This document shows, piece after piece, positions 1-10,915 of a DNA stretch of 64,000 nt. A program made the translations under genes and the position numbers. Origin of the DNA: an uncultured Acidimicrobiia bacterium (lineage in GTDB: Bacteria; Acidobacteriota; Terriglobia; Versatilivoradales; Versatilivoraceae). The number at the start of each line of letters is the position of its first letter. Within the stretch, counting starts at the first letter, position 1. Location of the stretch: positions 384,001 to 448,000 of the forward strand of contig CAWBAT010000005.1 in NCBI GenBank assembly GCA_963786955.1, given 5' to 3'. The notes below the pieces were generated by a model that searched no databases, was not told the DNA's origin, and worked only from the letters and a program-made list of their open reading frames with translations.

Positions 1-546
1 CAGGAACCGTTGTCGCTTCGGCTCCAGGCCATAAAGGAGAGCCACAACACCCGTGTCGGGGGGGTCTAAAACTGAGATCGAAGAGTTGAACCCGTTCCAC
101 CAATCGACTTGGACTTTGACGGTGGAATCCAAGAGGTTCAGCTTACCGGCCTTTTCTTCAGCCGAAACAATCCTAATTTCTCCTGTTTTGAAATTGGCTA
201 ACGCCAGCTTGATTTCTCGCCGGTACTCTCCCTTTTTTGCGGCGGGAAAATACCGGACCGTTTCTTTTTCCAACCTTGATTTGGCGTCTTCTATGACGGG
301 CAACAGGGCTACTTCAGTCGCAAAGGGGGCTTCGCTTAAAGCAGGCATGGGTTTAAGTGGACGGCCTACTTTCAGCCGCCTATGTCTTACGACGCGAACT
401 TGGCTGCTCTTCTTCTTTTTGGAGGAAGTGGTGGAGGACGAAGCAGTCACCGCCGCAAAGGCGGATGCTTCGATCCATTCTGTGACCGTCGAAGAGCCAA
501 TCAAAAGCAACAGAAAAGCAACAGTCGAAATGACTTGGCGCGTCAT
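1..546 (-). CDS. Secreted hypothetical protein, truncated by window edge (MTRQVISTVAFLLLLIG...)
   Basis: Manual translation: open frame from ATG 546 to position 1 with a signal-peptide-like N-terminus; the listed + ORF 53..556 is its antisense shadow. Confidence 0.65.
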   Translation of the reverse strand, partial: MTRQVISTVAFLLLLIGSSTVTEWIEASAFAAVTASSSTTSSKKKKSSQVRVVRHRRLKVGRPLKPMPALSEAPFATEVALLPVIEDAKSRLEKETVRYFPAAKKGEYRREIKLALANFKTGEIRIVSAEEKAGKLNLLDSTVKVQVDWWNGFNSSISVLDPPDTGVVALLYGLEPKRQRFL

Positions 547-991
547 ACACCGATGAAGGAAACTCGAACAACGAAGAATTCTCCATAAAAACGATTTCAA
601 CCCCTCTATTAATCAGACCATCCTTATTCTCGTCTTTAACGAGGAACAACTTTATCCTAAATGCAAAGTGCTATCGTGCAAACTCATCCGGTCCTCTGCG
701 GCTTCTCGCTGGCCAGAAAGCGAAAATACATCACCAAAAGCAGGTGAGTCAACAGACGATTCGGCGCTGCCGGGTTGCAATGTCATAATTAAGGGTTCAT
801 GAAGCAAGGAAGCAATTGTGTTCTCGGGGCAGCGCGAAACGCCGAAATTCGCTATACTCCCTCTGATATTGTTCAGGAAATTCAGAACGGTGTTTTCAAA
901 GAGAGGTCCGCAGAGATAAAGCTTGGAATCATTCTTTGAAAGGATTCGAGGGTTTGCAAAGTCATCGTCGAAGGGAAATGAAGTGCAGAGA

Positions 992-2185
992 GTGATTACG
1001 AAAAAACAATGGATTGGATTGACAGTCGCCATCGGGCTGACCCTCTATGTCGCCGAGGTCACCGCCAAGAAGGGTTTACCGCAAGGGAAGCTGTTCCGAA
1101 GCGAAGATATCATTTGGTTGAATCAGGAATGCCTCCGCAAACTCCGCGCCTGCAGAATCACGGCTGACGATGGCACCATCCTGTACACTCCTGAAGGCCA
1201 TGGAAATCACAAAGCCCTCTGGACGCGCGATTTCAGTTACATGGTTGAAAACGCAGGGGATTTGATCCCACAGAACCAGATCCGCCAAGGCATTCTCTAT
1301 TTGCTCAAAGGTCAGCGGGAAGATGGTTGTATCCCGGACCGTGCCCAAGGCGACGGACAGGTGGTCTACAGTACAGGGACGCCGGAGGCGCCTCTGGGGG
1401 ATGTACCGACCGATAACTCCCAATTTATGGTCAAACTCGTAGCCGACTATATTCGCCTCTCCGGCGACCCAATGTTCTTCAGTCGGGTGTACACCCAACT
1501 GGACAAGGCTATGAATTTCACACGTCGCAGCCCGGAGGGTCTGGTTTACATCCCTCCAGGTCACCGCCAATCTCCGGATGGATTCACCAGCACTGTGGCC
1601 AAGAGCGGTGACCTTTTGTTCTCTTCTCTGCTCTACTGGGAAGCTTGCGGCTTGATCTCCCGCTTACACGAAAAGGCCGGCAGATTGGAAAAAAGTGCTG
1701 ACTACCGTTACCGGGCCAAGCTCATCGAAAGAAATCTGGATTCATTATTCGACGCCAATGCTGGCCTCTACCTTGCAGCCTCGGTCGATTGTCGGCAGAT
1801 TGATATTTGGGGGAATGCTTATAGCTTGTATTTAGGCTTCCCCACTCCCAACGCAGAGCGTATTCGCCAGGCTCTACTGGCCAATCTCGACCGCTACACC
1901 TGGCACGGGCAGATCCGGCAATTGCCCAAGGGGCAGTATTGGCAAAAGCTACTGACGGACGTCAAGAAAGACACCTACCAGAATGGAGCCTACTGGGGAA
2001 CCGCTTCAGGGTGGGTCATTGCCGCTATTGCGCCAATTGATGCCCGAAAAGCCAGCCTCTTGTTCTCCGACCTGGTAAAATTCTATCGCAAGAGCGGAGT
2101 CCCCGAATGTGCCGGTCCAGGCTATTTCAATTTGCCGGACTATGTGGCCAGCGCGGTCAACGTGCGGGCGGTCGCCCGTCGCTAG
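992..2185 (+). CDS. Secreted six-hairpin (alpha/alpha)6 glycoside hydrolase-like protein
   Basis: Signal-like N-terminus (KKQWIGLTVAIGLTLYVAEVTA), WTRDFSY motif, YQNGAYW C-terminal motif; start uncertain (GTG 992). Confidence 0.6.
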   Translation: MITKKQWIGLTVAIGLTLYVAEVTAKKGLPQGKLFRSEDIIWLNQECLRKLRACRITADDGTILYTPEGHGNHKALWTRDFSYMVENAGDLIPQNQIRQGILYLLKGQREDGCIPDRAQGDGQVVYSTGTPEAPLGDVPTDNSQFMVKLVADYIRLSGDPMFFSRVYTQLDKAMNFTRRSPEGLVYIPPGHRQSPDGFTSTVAKSGDLLFSSLLYWEACGLISRLHEKAGRLEKSADYRYRAKLIERNLDSLFDANAGLYLAASVDCRQIDIWGNAYSLYLGFPTPNAERIRQALLANLDRYTWHGQIRQLPKGQYWQKLLTDVKKDTYQNGAYWGTASGWVIAAIAPIDARKASLLFSDLVKFYRKSGVPECAGPGYFNLPDYVASAVNVRAVARR

Positions 2186-2239
2186 TGTTTTATTCCATAA
2201 TTGGAGGGTTAGACCGCACTCCTTTTTGGCTTAAACCCC

Positions 2240-2267
2240 TTGACAATCTTGGCTCGGAGCTTATAAT
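2240..2267 (+). promoter_or_regulatory. Sigma70 promoter TTGACA-N16-TATAAT
   Basis: Perfect consensus hexamers directly upstream of the riboswitch. Confidence 0.85.
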
Positions 2268-2292
2268 TAATTGTTTACAATTGAATCGGATG

Positions 2293-2396
2293 TTCTTATC
2301 CAGAGTGGTTGAGGGACTGGCCCTTTGACACCACGGCAACCTCCCGCAAGGGAAGGTGCCAACTCCTGCAGAAGTAATGTTTCTGGAAGATAAGAA
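2293..2396 (+). ncRNA. SAM-I (S-box) riboswitch
   Basis: TTCTTATCCAGAG...GAGGGACTGGCCC..TGA...CGGCAACC...AAGGTGCCAACTCCTGCAG...GAAGATAAGAA; P1 TTCTTATC pairs with GATAAGAA. Confidence 0.95.
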
Positions 2397-2412
2397 TGAG
2401 TTGATTGCCCCA

Positions 2413-2440
2413 CCTCTTCTTATCGAAGAGGTTTTTTTTT
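2413..2440 (+). terminator. Intrinsic terminator of the SAM-I expression platform
   Basis: CCTCTTC-TTATC-GAAGAGG followed by T9; contains a second TTCTTATC that can pair with the P1 3' strand (antiterminator). Confidence 0.9.
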
Positions 2441-2504
2441 GCACGGGACGAAAATCATGGCGGGATTGCAGCCGGTTCTAAAAACGAAAATTGAGGGATT
2501 AAAC

Positions 2505-3755
2505 ATGACATCTTGTGTCACTGGCCTTCGGTGTCGGGAGTGCGGGAGACAATACCCGAAGGCCCCACTTTCTGTTTGTGAATTCTGCTTTGGTCCTCTC
2601 GAGGTCGTCTATGATTACGCCGCTCTTCAAGGCCGGTTTTCGCGTAAACTCATCCAAAGTCGTGAGCCCAATATGTGGCGCTATCGGGAAGTTCTGCCCA
2701 TCGACGGAGAAGCCACGGTTGGGAAACAAGTAGGGTTTACGCCTCTCGTCCGGGCTGTGAACCTGGGCAAACGGTTGGGAATTCGCGAGCTGTATATTAA
2801 GAACGATAGTGTCTGCTTCCCGACACTCTCATTTAAGGACCGGGTGGTCTCTGTGGCACTCACAAAAGCATTGGAGTTCGGCTTTGACACCGTGGGATGT
2901 GCTTCTACTGGCAATTTGGCCAATTCCGTGGCATCCAATGCCGCCAGCGTGGGACTGCGCAGCTACATATTTATTCCATCTGATCTGGAATTGGGAAAAG
3001 TCTTGGGCACGATGATCTACAAAACAAATGTCATTGGAGTGAATGGGAATTATGATGACGTGAACCGGCTCTGCAGTGAAATTGCCGGAAAGTACCACTG
3101 GGGCTTCGTCAATATCAATCTCCGACCGTTCTACGCGGAAGGCTCCAAGAGCTTCGGTTACGAAATCGCGGAGCAACTGAACTGGAGAATTCCAGACTGT
3201 GTGGTCGTCCCGATGGCAGGGGGATCTTTGATCACGAAAATCTATAAAGCCTTTAAAGAGTTTGAAACGCTGGGTTTGGTTTCCGGGAACCCCAGTCGGA
3301 TATTTGGAGCTCAGGCTACGGGCTGTTCTCCGATTACTTCAGCCGTTAAAGCTGGGCGGGATTTCATAAAGCCGGTAAAACCTCAGACCATCGCAAAGTC
3401 CATTGCCATTGGAAATCCGGCCGATGGGTTCTATGCGATCAAAACGATGAAAGAGACAGGCGGTTGGGGAGAGGATGTATCCGACGACGAGATCATCCAA
3501 GGGATCCAGATGCTGGCAGAGGACGAGGGAATTTTCACAGAGACAGCCGGGGGGGTAACCGTCAGCGTCACCCAGAAACTGGTAGAGCAAGGCCGTATCC
3601 GGAAAGATGACGTCACGGTGATCGCCATCACCGGAAATGGCCTTAAAACCCAGGAAGCCATCCAGAATCGCCTCCTCCGTCCAGAAGTTATCAGTGCGAA
3701 GCTCAGCGAATTTGAAAAAACTGTTTCTAAAGCAACCACCATTCACTCGTCGTAA
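2505..3755 (+). CDS. thrC: Threonine synthase-like PLP enzyme (possible O-phosphohomoserine sulfur-transfer enzyme)
   Basis: N-terminal CxxC..CxxC, PTLSFKDR PLP lysine, ASTGN motif; RBS GAGGG before ATG 2505. Confidence 0.85.
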   Translation: MTSCVTGLRCRECGRQYPKAPLSVCEFCFGPLEVVYDYAALQGRFSRKLIQSREPNMWRYREVLPIDGEATVGKQVGFTPLVRAVNLGKRLGIRELYIKNDSVCFPTLSFKDRVVSVALTKALEFGFDTVGCASTGNLANSVASNAASVGLRSYIFIPSDLELGKVLGTMIYKTNVIGVNGNYDDVNRLCSEIAGKYHWGFVNINLRPFYAEGSKSFGYEIAEQLNWRIPDCVVVPMAGGSLITKIYKAFKEFETLGLVSGNPSRIFGAQATGCSPITSAVKAGRDFIKPVKPQTIAKSIAIGNPADGFYAIKTMKETGGWGEDVSDDEIIQGIQMLAEDEGIFTETAGGVTVSVTQKLVEQGRIRKDDVTVIAITGNGLKTQEAIQNRLLRPEVISAKLSEFEKTVSKATTIHSS

Positions 3756-3824
3756 GACGGCGGGGGCCGTTATTTAATCTGCAATGAGTCTTTTCAATCC
3801 GGCCCGCCGAAAGGTCGATCCATC

Positions 3825-4859
3825 ATGCTAGAACCGTCATCCCGATATTCACGCCAAATCTTATTTTCTGAAATTGGCAAAGCAGGCCAGCAGCGTTTGC
3901 TGGAGAGCAAAGTGGTGATTGTCGGTTGTGGCGCACTCGGGACCGTTCAGGCCGAATCGCTTTGTCGTGCCGGGGTTGGGACGATTCGAATCGTCGACCG
4001 TGATTTTGTCGAAGAAAGCAACTTGCAACGTCAGACTCTCTTCTGTGAAGAAGACGCGAAAAATGGTTTGCCTAAGGCTGTCGCTGCGCAAAAGAGGCTG
4101 GCCCAAATCAATTCTCAAACTGCCATTGAGCCGCTAGTGGCTGATGTGAATTTTAAGAATATCGAACAGTTGGTCGACGGGATGGATTGCATCCTTGACG
4201 CGACAGACAATTTCGAAACCCGTTTTCTGATTAACGATGTGTCTGTAAGGAACCGGATCCCTTGGGTCTATGGGGCCGCCGTTGGATCTGAAGGTCTCAC
4301 GATGACCATAGTTCCTGGCCGGAGTCCCTGCTTACGCTGTGTCTTTGAGCAGTCTCCTCCTCCGGGCATGTCTCCCACCTGCGATACAGCCGGCGTGCTA
4401 GCACCGATTGTGAATGTCATTGCATCCATCCAGGTGGCCGAGACATTGAAAATTTTGACAGGCAACTTGGATCGAGTCAGCTGCAAGTTGCTTTCAATCA
4501 ACGTCTGGGAAGGGGTTTGGAAGCAGCTTGACGTGTCGACTGCCAAAACTCTGGGCACCTGCCCATGTTGCGATGCCGGGAGGTTTGATTTCCTTCAAGG
4601 TAAATTAGGTTCATTAGCCACTACCCTTTGTGGCCGTGACTCCGTACAGATCAGCAACCTCGAAGGAACTGCCGTCGATTTCGGAGAATTGGCCCGAAGG
4701 CTTGCGCCGATAGGACTAGTTCATTACAACCAATTTCTGTTGCGCTTTCAATGTTGAACGTTACGAGATCGCGGTGTTTGCTGATGGCCGCAGCATTGTT
4801 CGCGGAACGAAGGATACCGAGGTTGCCGAACCGTCTTTTCCAAATACATTGGAGCTTGA
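3825..4859 (+). CDS. moeB: ThiF/MoeB-family adenylyltransferase (sulfur-carrier activator), frameshifts near 4750 and 4830
   Basis: RYSRQI, GCGALG, DRD..EESNLQRQ, PCLRC, CDTAGV; C-terminus continues off-frame as ...FADGRSIVRGT...KYIGA*. Confidence 0.85.
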
Positions 4860-4914
4860 AGAAAGCGAGACGAGTCTCGTGATCGTGGTTGAAATCTTAG
4901 AAAGGTGAGAAAGG

Positions 4915-6007
4915 ATGAGTCGCAAAGTCAAAGTCGGGATTCTCGGTGCGACAGGAACTGTTGGGCAACGATTTATTCAACTTCTTGAAAACCATCCCTG
5001 GTTCGAAGTGGGTGATATTGCCGCCTCAGACCGTTCTCAAGGGAAGCTTTATGCAGAGGTTTGTCAGTGGAAGATTTCGGGGCAAATGCCCGAATACATT
5101 CGCCAATTCAGCATAAAAGAATGCGTCCCGAATCTGGATTGCGAACTGGTTCTCTCTGGTTTGCCATCTTCGATTGCCGGCGAAGTCGAGACGGCATTCG
5201 CCCAGGCCGGTTACCCAGTCCTTAGTAATTCGAAGAACCATCGAATGGACGAAGATGTTCCCTTGCTTGTCCCCGAGATCAATGCAGAACATTTAGACCT
5301 CATTCCGATTCAAAAGAAAAACCAGAAATTTGAGACGGGTGGCTATATTGTAACTAATCCGAATTGCACGACGATGGCCATGATTCTGGCCCTGGCACCG
5401 CTCCATCATGAGTTCGGTCTGGAGTGTGTCAGCGTTGTGACGATGCAGGCGCTCTCGGGCGCCGGTTATCCTGGCGTGGCAAGTATGGACTTGCTCGATA
5501 ATGTTATTCCTTATATTGCCGATGAAGAGGAGAAAGTAGAGGTCGAGCCCCGGAAGATTCTTGGAACGCTCTCGGACGGCAAAATCACCTTCGCCGATTT
5601 CAAGGTGAGCGCCCATTGCCATCGGGTACATGTCCTGGATGGACATCTAGAAGCTGTCTCCGTCGGATTGCGTCGCCGCCCGAAAAAGGAGCAACTCATC
5701 CAAGCCATGACGAGCTTCCGGTCGATTCCGCAAGAGCTGAATCTTCCGAGCGCTCCCCAACGACCCGTGGTGTACCTGGAAGGTGTCGATCGCCCTCAAC
5801 CCAGACTAGACCGGGATATGGAGAGGGGAATGGCCACGATTGTCGGCCGCGTGCGGGAATGCAGCGTGCTTGATTACAAATTCGATCTCCTGGGACATAA
5901 TACGATTCGAGGCGCCGCCGGGTGCCGCGATATTGAATGCAGAATTGCTCCTGGCTCAGGGATGGCTAAAGACCGCAGCCCGGGAAGAAATAATGACACA
6001 GGTTTAA
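4915..6007 (+). CDS. asd: Aspartate-semialdehyde dehydrogenase (archaeal/fungal-like clade), frameshift near 5920
   Basis: GATGTVGQRF, NPNC catalytic Cys, QALSGAG, HNTIRGAAG then off-frame AAILNAELL...*. Confidence 0.9.
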
Positions 6008-6055
6008 CCAAATGTTTCCGCCAGCCCGTTGGATCTCAATCCATTAGGAGGACAC

Positions 6056-6328
6056 ATGCCGATTCAGATTCGAATTCCCGTTCAACTCAGATCTCTGACT
6101 AAGGGCGCAGAAATCGTTGCTGCCAGTGGCTCTTCCGTGCAGCAATTGATCGAAGATATGGACAGGAATTATCCGGGAATCAAGGATCGTCTTTGTGAAG
6201 GAGACGGCAAACTGCGTCGCTTTGTGAATATATTCGTAAACGAAGAAGATATTCGATTTCTCGAAAACCTTCAGACACCGATCACTGAGAAGGATGAGAT
6301 CTCAATCATCCCGGCAATCGCCGGAGGC
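6056..6328 (+). CDS. MoaD/CysO-like ubiquitin-like sulfur carrier (coordinates to the GG motif; frame continues past it)
   Basis: RBS AGGAGG; IRIP..LR..T, RRFVNIFVNEEDIRFL..L.T, SIIPAIAGG. Confidence 0.88.
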
Positions 6329-6494
6329 GTTCCACGCTCTAAACGATCTCGCCAGAAAAAGAACACCAAGCGGATGGGATTAGTCGTCGCGCTGGCAAAT
6401 CCCTGCTTTTCTCAAGACTCCCGGTTCGTTCGATTCGGACGCTTCCTGGAAACCGGATTTTTCGGGACGGTCAGATCGGCGAAGATTCCGCTGG

Positions 6495-7313
6495 CTAGTT
6501 TTCCAATAGTTCCGCAGCACGCTGGGTTGCTTTGACGACCGCCTTGATCAACGTCACCCGCAGTTTGCCTTCCTCCAATTCAAGAATTCCATCAATGGTG
6601 CAGCCCGCCGGAGTCGTCACGTTATCTTTTAACAAGGCCGGATGTTCCTTAGTGTCCAAGACCATCTTGGCCGAACCCAGCGTCATTTGGGCTGCCAGTT
6701 CAGTGGCCACGGCCCGAGGCAATCCAACTTTAACCCCGGCTTCGGCGAGGGACTCAATAATAATGTACATGAAGGCGGGACCACTTGCGCTCAGCCCGGT
6801 GACCGCATCCATGTATTTCTCATCGAGCAAGCAGAGTCCGTCCGACGGCATCAAACATTCTTTGGGCTTCCTTGAGATGTTGATCCTCCGCATGGATCCC
6901 CCTGCATAAAGCCGTCATGCCGCAGCGCATCAAACACGGAGTATTTGGCATCGCGCGAACGACGGGAATGGGGGCGTTAAGGTTTCGTTCAATGAAGGAG
7001 GTTGTTACTGAAGCCACGACGGAAACAATCAGCTGCTCGCGGGTCAACTCCCCCCGGATTTCTTCGAGCAATTCACGAACAGCTTGGGGTTTCACGGCGA
7101 GCAGGACAAGATCTGCTCCCTTTACCGCCTTTCGGTTATTTGTCGTCGTCTGAATGTCGATATTTATCACGCAGGACATCCAAGCGTTCCTGCATGTTTA
7201 ACGGTCACCATGATTTGTTCACGCGTAAAAATGGCGCTATCCAGCATCCCTGCCACCAGGGTTTCGCCCATCTTTCCCGCACCTAAAACAGCTAGTTTTT
7301 TAATTTTCATCAT
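6495..7313 (-). CDS. proC: Pyrroline-5-carboxylate reductase (split by indels)
   Basis: LGAGKMG, LAVKPQ, RAMPNTP, TGLSASGPA, VTTPAGCTI across three frames. Confidence 0.9.
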
Positions 7314-7347
7314 CCGTTTTTTTCCTTTCATCCTCCTTTTTAGCCCA

Positions 7348-7458
7348 AATTCCGAAGTTGCTTTAGCGTCACTAGGTGGAGCGGGCGCTGGGACCGCTGT
7401 CCCCCCGCGCACGCTCAATGAACGCGCGGCGGAGGACGGTCCCAGCGTGCGTTCCACC
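7348..7458. repeat. Palindromic intergenic repeat, copy 1 (ATTCCGAAGTTG...GGTGGAGCGGG...GTTCCAC)
   Basis: Clear homology to 16441..16554; nested inverted repeats. Confidence 0.75.
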
Positions 7459-7660
7459 CAAGCGTTCTCAGAATAGGATTCTTAGGCGTTCATGCCCAAC
7501 GAGATTCTCTACTGGAGCGCGCTCCAATTAGAATATGTGGAACAAAACTTAGAAAAGTACCCATCCGCGCGTTACTATAGTATATCTTTCCGGCCCAAGC
7601 AATAAGTTCAGTTGCCGGAAATGACAAAGATTCGATCAAATCATTACTGAAAGGCAACTT

Positions 7661-8754
7661 ATGGGACTCTTCAATAGAGATATAGCAGTCGATGAAACCA
7701 TGGTGCTCAACGCCTTACGAGGGGTATATGACCCGGATCTCAAAAAGGATATCGTGTCGTTGGGATTCATCAAGGATCTAAGAATAGATGCGGTAAAGTT
7801 TCATTCAGGATTGAACTGACAACTCCGGCCTGTCCGGTGCGAGATCAGCTCCAAGCAGAATCAAAACAAGCGGTTGCCGGCCTTGCTGGAGTGGAGAGCG
7901 TTGAAATCTCGATGGGATTTATCGTGAGTTCGCGAATGACCCCGCACGCCAGCACTCTCATTCCGGGTGTCAAAAACACGATCGCCGTTGCAAGCGGAAA
8001 AGGAGGAGTGGGCAAATCGACGGTAGCAGCAAATCTCGCTGTCGCACTGAAAAGCTTCGGGGCAGAAGTTGGCTTGATGGATGCGGATGTCTATGGTCCC
8101 AGTATTCCTATCTTAATGGGCGCCACCGAGCCGCCCCAAGTCTTCGGGAATCGCATTATTCCCCCCATTTCCCAGGGAGTGAAGATGATCTCGATGGGAT
8201 ACTTCCTTCCAAAGGACGAAGCGGTCATTTGGAGAGGACCGATGCTCCACAAAATGGTTCAGCAATTTCTGGGTGAAGTCGAATGGGGAGACCTTGATTA
8301 TCTGGTCATTGATCTACCTCCAGGCACGGGTGATATTCAGCTAAGCTTGTGCCAGACGATCCCGCTGACGGGTGCGGTAATCGTCTCAACCCCTCAAGAT
8401 CTGGCCCTGGAGGTAGCTTCCAAAGCCATCGCGATGTTCAAAAGACTCAAAGCTCCTATTCTCGGCATTGTGGAGAATATGAGCTATTTCATTTGCCCGC
8501 ACTGTGGGCAACGGGAAGAAATTTTCGGTTACGGGGGAGCACGAGCCGCCAGCGAAACAATGGGCTATCCGTTTCTGGGAGAGATTCCGTTGGACCCGAC
8601 CATTCGGAAACGCAGCGATAGAGGTCAACCCTTAACGGGAGAAGGGGAAGAGACCCCCATCAGTCGCGCATTTCGCGACGTTGCTTGCGCAACCGCTGCT
8701 CAGGTTAGCATTGCCAATTTTAATGCTCCTGCGGTTCCAATTATTGAGGCTTAG
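7661..8754 (+). CDS. mrp: Mrp/ApbC Fe-S cluster carrier ATPase with N-terminal FeS-assembly domain (frameshift near 7790)
   Basis: DPDL.KDIVSLGFI, LTTPACP, SGKGGVGKST, DADVYGPS, WRGPM, DLPPGTGD, VENMS..CPHC. Confidence 0.9.
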
Positions 8755-8792
8755 TGCGGTCTGGGGCACCGTTTCAGTGAGGGCAAAGGCCA

Positions 8793-9122
8793 ATGGATTT
8801 CACTCCGATTAAAATCAAGCTCTTCACTCCCGAGGGTCTGCAGATCTCCTGGAACGACGGTCATCAAGCCACTTATTCCTATGCCTATCTGCGCGAGCAT
8901 TGCCCTTGTGCAAGCTGCCGTGATGCACCGCCTGTCGTAAAAACAACTTCCGATGCTTTCCCGATCTATGGCAAAGGCCCTATCCAGCTAACCGGGGCAA
9001 CCCCCATCGGTCATTACGCCATTCAGTTTACCTGGAATGATGGCCATGCGACCGGAATCTATTCCTATACCTATTTGCGGGAGATCTGCCCTTGTAACCA
9101 GTGTCGGGACGGACGATCATGA
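8793..9122 (+). CDS. DUF971 / GBBH-N-like small metal-binding protein
   Basis: W.DGH...Y..LR..CPCA.C and GHYAI.F.W.DGH.TGIYS motifs; follows mrp. Confidence 0.8.
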   Translation: MDFTPIKIKLFTPEGLQISWNDGHQATYSYAYLREHCPCASCRDAPPVVKTTSDAFPIYGKGPIQLTGATPIGHYAIQFTWNDGHATGIYSYTYLREICPCNQCRDGRS

Positions 9123-9164
9123 ATGAGCGGGAGTGGACATCAGAGATTGCACGAGCTTCTCAGC

Positions 9165-9973
9165 CTATTCAAATCCTTGCCCCACTCCTTGGACACTATG
9201 GGCATCTGAACCATACACCAGAGGGATCTTCCTCTGGATCGCCTGTCGCAGAATCCAACCAGGTGGATAGATTTCCTGACAGTCCGGCTTGAACAATCCA
9301 GCCGCATTGAGATCAAGTTCCATTTCTCTCGCTTGGATCTGATCCAAAATTTCGCACACTTTGGATTGGAACTGTTTGGGATTAGGGAGTGGAAATTTCT
9401 TTTGGAACTTATGCACCAGGCTGAGATGGCCGATACGGCGGGGTTTGAATGGACCTAAGTCCGTCTCAATGGCCTGTTGAACCGTTAACCAATAAGCCTC
9501 GTGAACCGCTTCAATACTTCCGTAAAAATCTAACAAACCGTCCTTGAAATCTTCTGCTGAATAGTCGACACATCTCCATCCTCCTTTTCCCGGGAGAAAA
9601 TGAACAGAGAGCACCGAATCCTTTAACTCGGAACCGACCTGATGCAACAGTTCCCGGGTTGCCTCTTCAAACCCAGGGATAAAATCTACCTCCAGCCCAA
9701 CCTTTCACAACAATCTGTCTGAAAAACGATCACTCAATTTTTTCGCATGACTCAGATAAGGCTCAAGATCCTCTGCGGCCATTCCGCAGCTTTTATCCGG
9801 TGCAGGGTCATGGAAATGGGCAGGCAAGGGTGGATGTTCGGTGAGACTATAAGTTTCGAACCCAACTCTATGGCGCGGCGAATGAAGAGTTCCGTGGATT
9901 CACGAGACCCATGTGGACAGAACTCGGTGTGGGTATGCCCGTCGCGCTTGGCAAGAAATGGGGGTTGGGACAT
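9165..9973 (-). CDS. hisK: PHP-family histidinol-phosphatase (HisJ/HisK type), split by indels
   Basis: DGHTHTEFCPHG, LSVHFL, IGHLSLV.KFQ, YGSDAHS. Confidence 0.8.
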
Positions 9974-10114
9974 GTCTATTCTTTCAATATCGCTCAGGGC
10001 TTCAATCGAGAGCTTGATTTTTCATGCATTATTTTCTATTTCGCAATGCTCAATTGTCATTTAAAAATGAGAGATGGCCAAGGGTCGACGGCTCAACTTC
10101 TTTCTCTTCTGCCG

Positions 10115-10915
10115 TCAGGAACTCGAACGAAGAGGCAGAAAACTCACTTGTGGGAATCCTCCAAGGGGGCTTGGATGGACATCAACATCAGCCCCGTAAG
10201 TTTGCCGAATCAATTCTGCCGTGATCACTTCTTCAGGTCTGCCCACTTTGGCCACTCGTCTTTCATGTAAGAGCACAATCGAATGGCAAAAGGCGGCGGC
10301 TGCTGTTAAGTCATGCAGAACCACGACGATCGTGAGCTGCCTCTCTCGGTTGAGTTGATGCAACAGGTGGAAGACGGCCAGCTGGTGATTAATATCCAAA
10401 TGCGAGTTTGGCTCGTCCAGCAAGAGGATGGCAGGTTGTTGGGCAACAGCCCGTGCAATCAGGACTCGCTGTCTTTCACCGCTCGAAAGTTTGGAGATCG
10501 GCCGGTTTTTCAGGTGATCGATCGCCGTCATCTTCATAGAATACTCAGTGATTTCGCGATCCTTTTCTGACAGCTTCTGCAAACGGCCGAGATGAGGGAA
10601 ACGCCCCATGGCAACGATGTCTGTGACAGAAAATGGAAATTCAAACGATTGTTCGGAAGAGATGACAGCCATCTTCCGGGCGATTTCGGCGGCACGCAAG
10701 TGCTGGAGGGGTAGGCCATCAATCAGGATTTGACCCTCTTGGGGCTGTAATATCCGGCTCACCAACCTGAGTAGTGTCGTTTTGCCCGATCCATTGGGCC
10801 CGATTAACCCAAGCACCGACTGTTTATGAATTTGTAAATTGATGTCTTGAAGAATGGGCCGGGAATTGTAAGAGAAGCTGACTCGGTCGATTGAGATTGC
10901 GGGGTTCATTTTCAA
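10115..10915 (-). CDS. btuD: Cobalamin/iron-chelate ABC transporter ATPase
   Basis: GPNGSGKT, LSSGERQR, LLLDEP, VLHDL; in a B12-riboswitch operon. Confidence 0.85.
   Translation of the reverse strand: MKMNPAISIDRVSFSYNSRPILQDINLQIHKQSVLGLIGPNGSGKTTLLRLVSRILQPQEGQILIDGLPLQHLRAAEIARKMAVISSEQSFEFPFSVTDIVAMGRFPHLGRLQKLSEKDREITEYSMKMTAIDHLKNRPISKLSSGERQRVLIARAVAQQPAILLLDEPNSHLDINHQLAVFHLLHQLNRERQLTIVVVLHDLTAAAAFCHSIVLLHERRVAKVGRPEEVITAELIRQTYGADVDVHPSPLGGFPQVSFLPLRSSS

Noticed and set aside
53-1032. ORFs 53..556 (+), 380..649 (-) and 652..1032 (-)
   Set aside because: Antisense or alternate-frame shadows with no recognisable protein features
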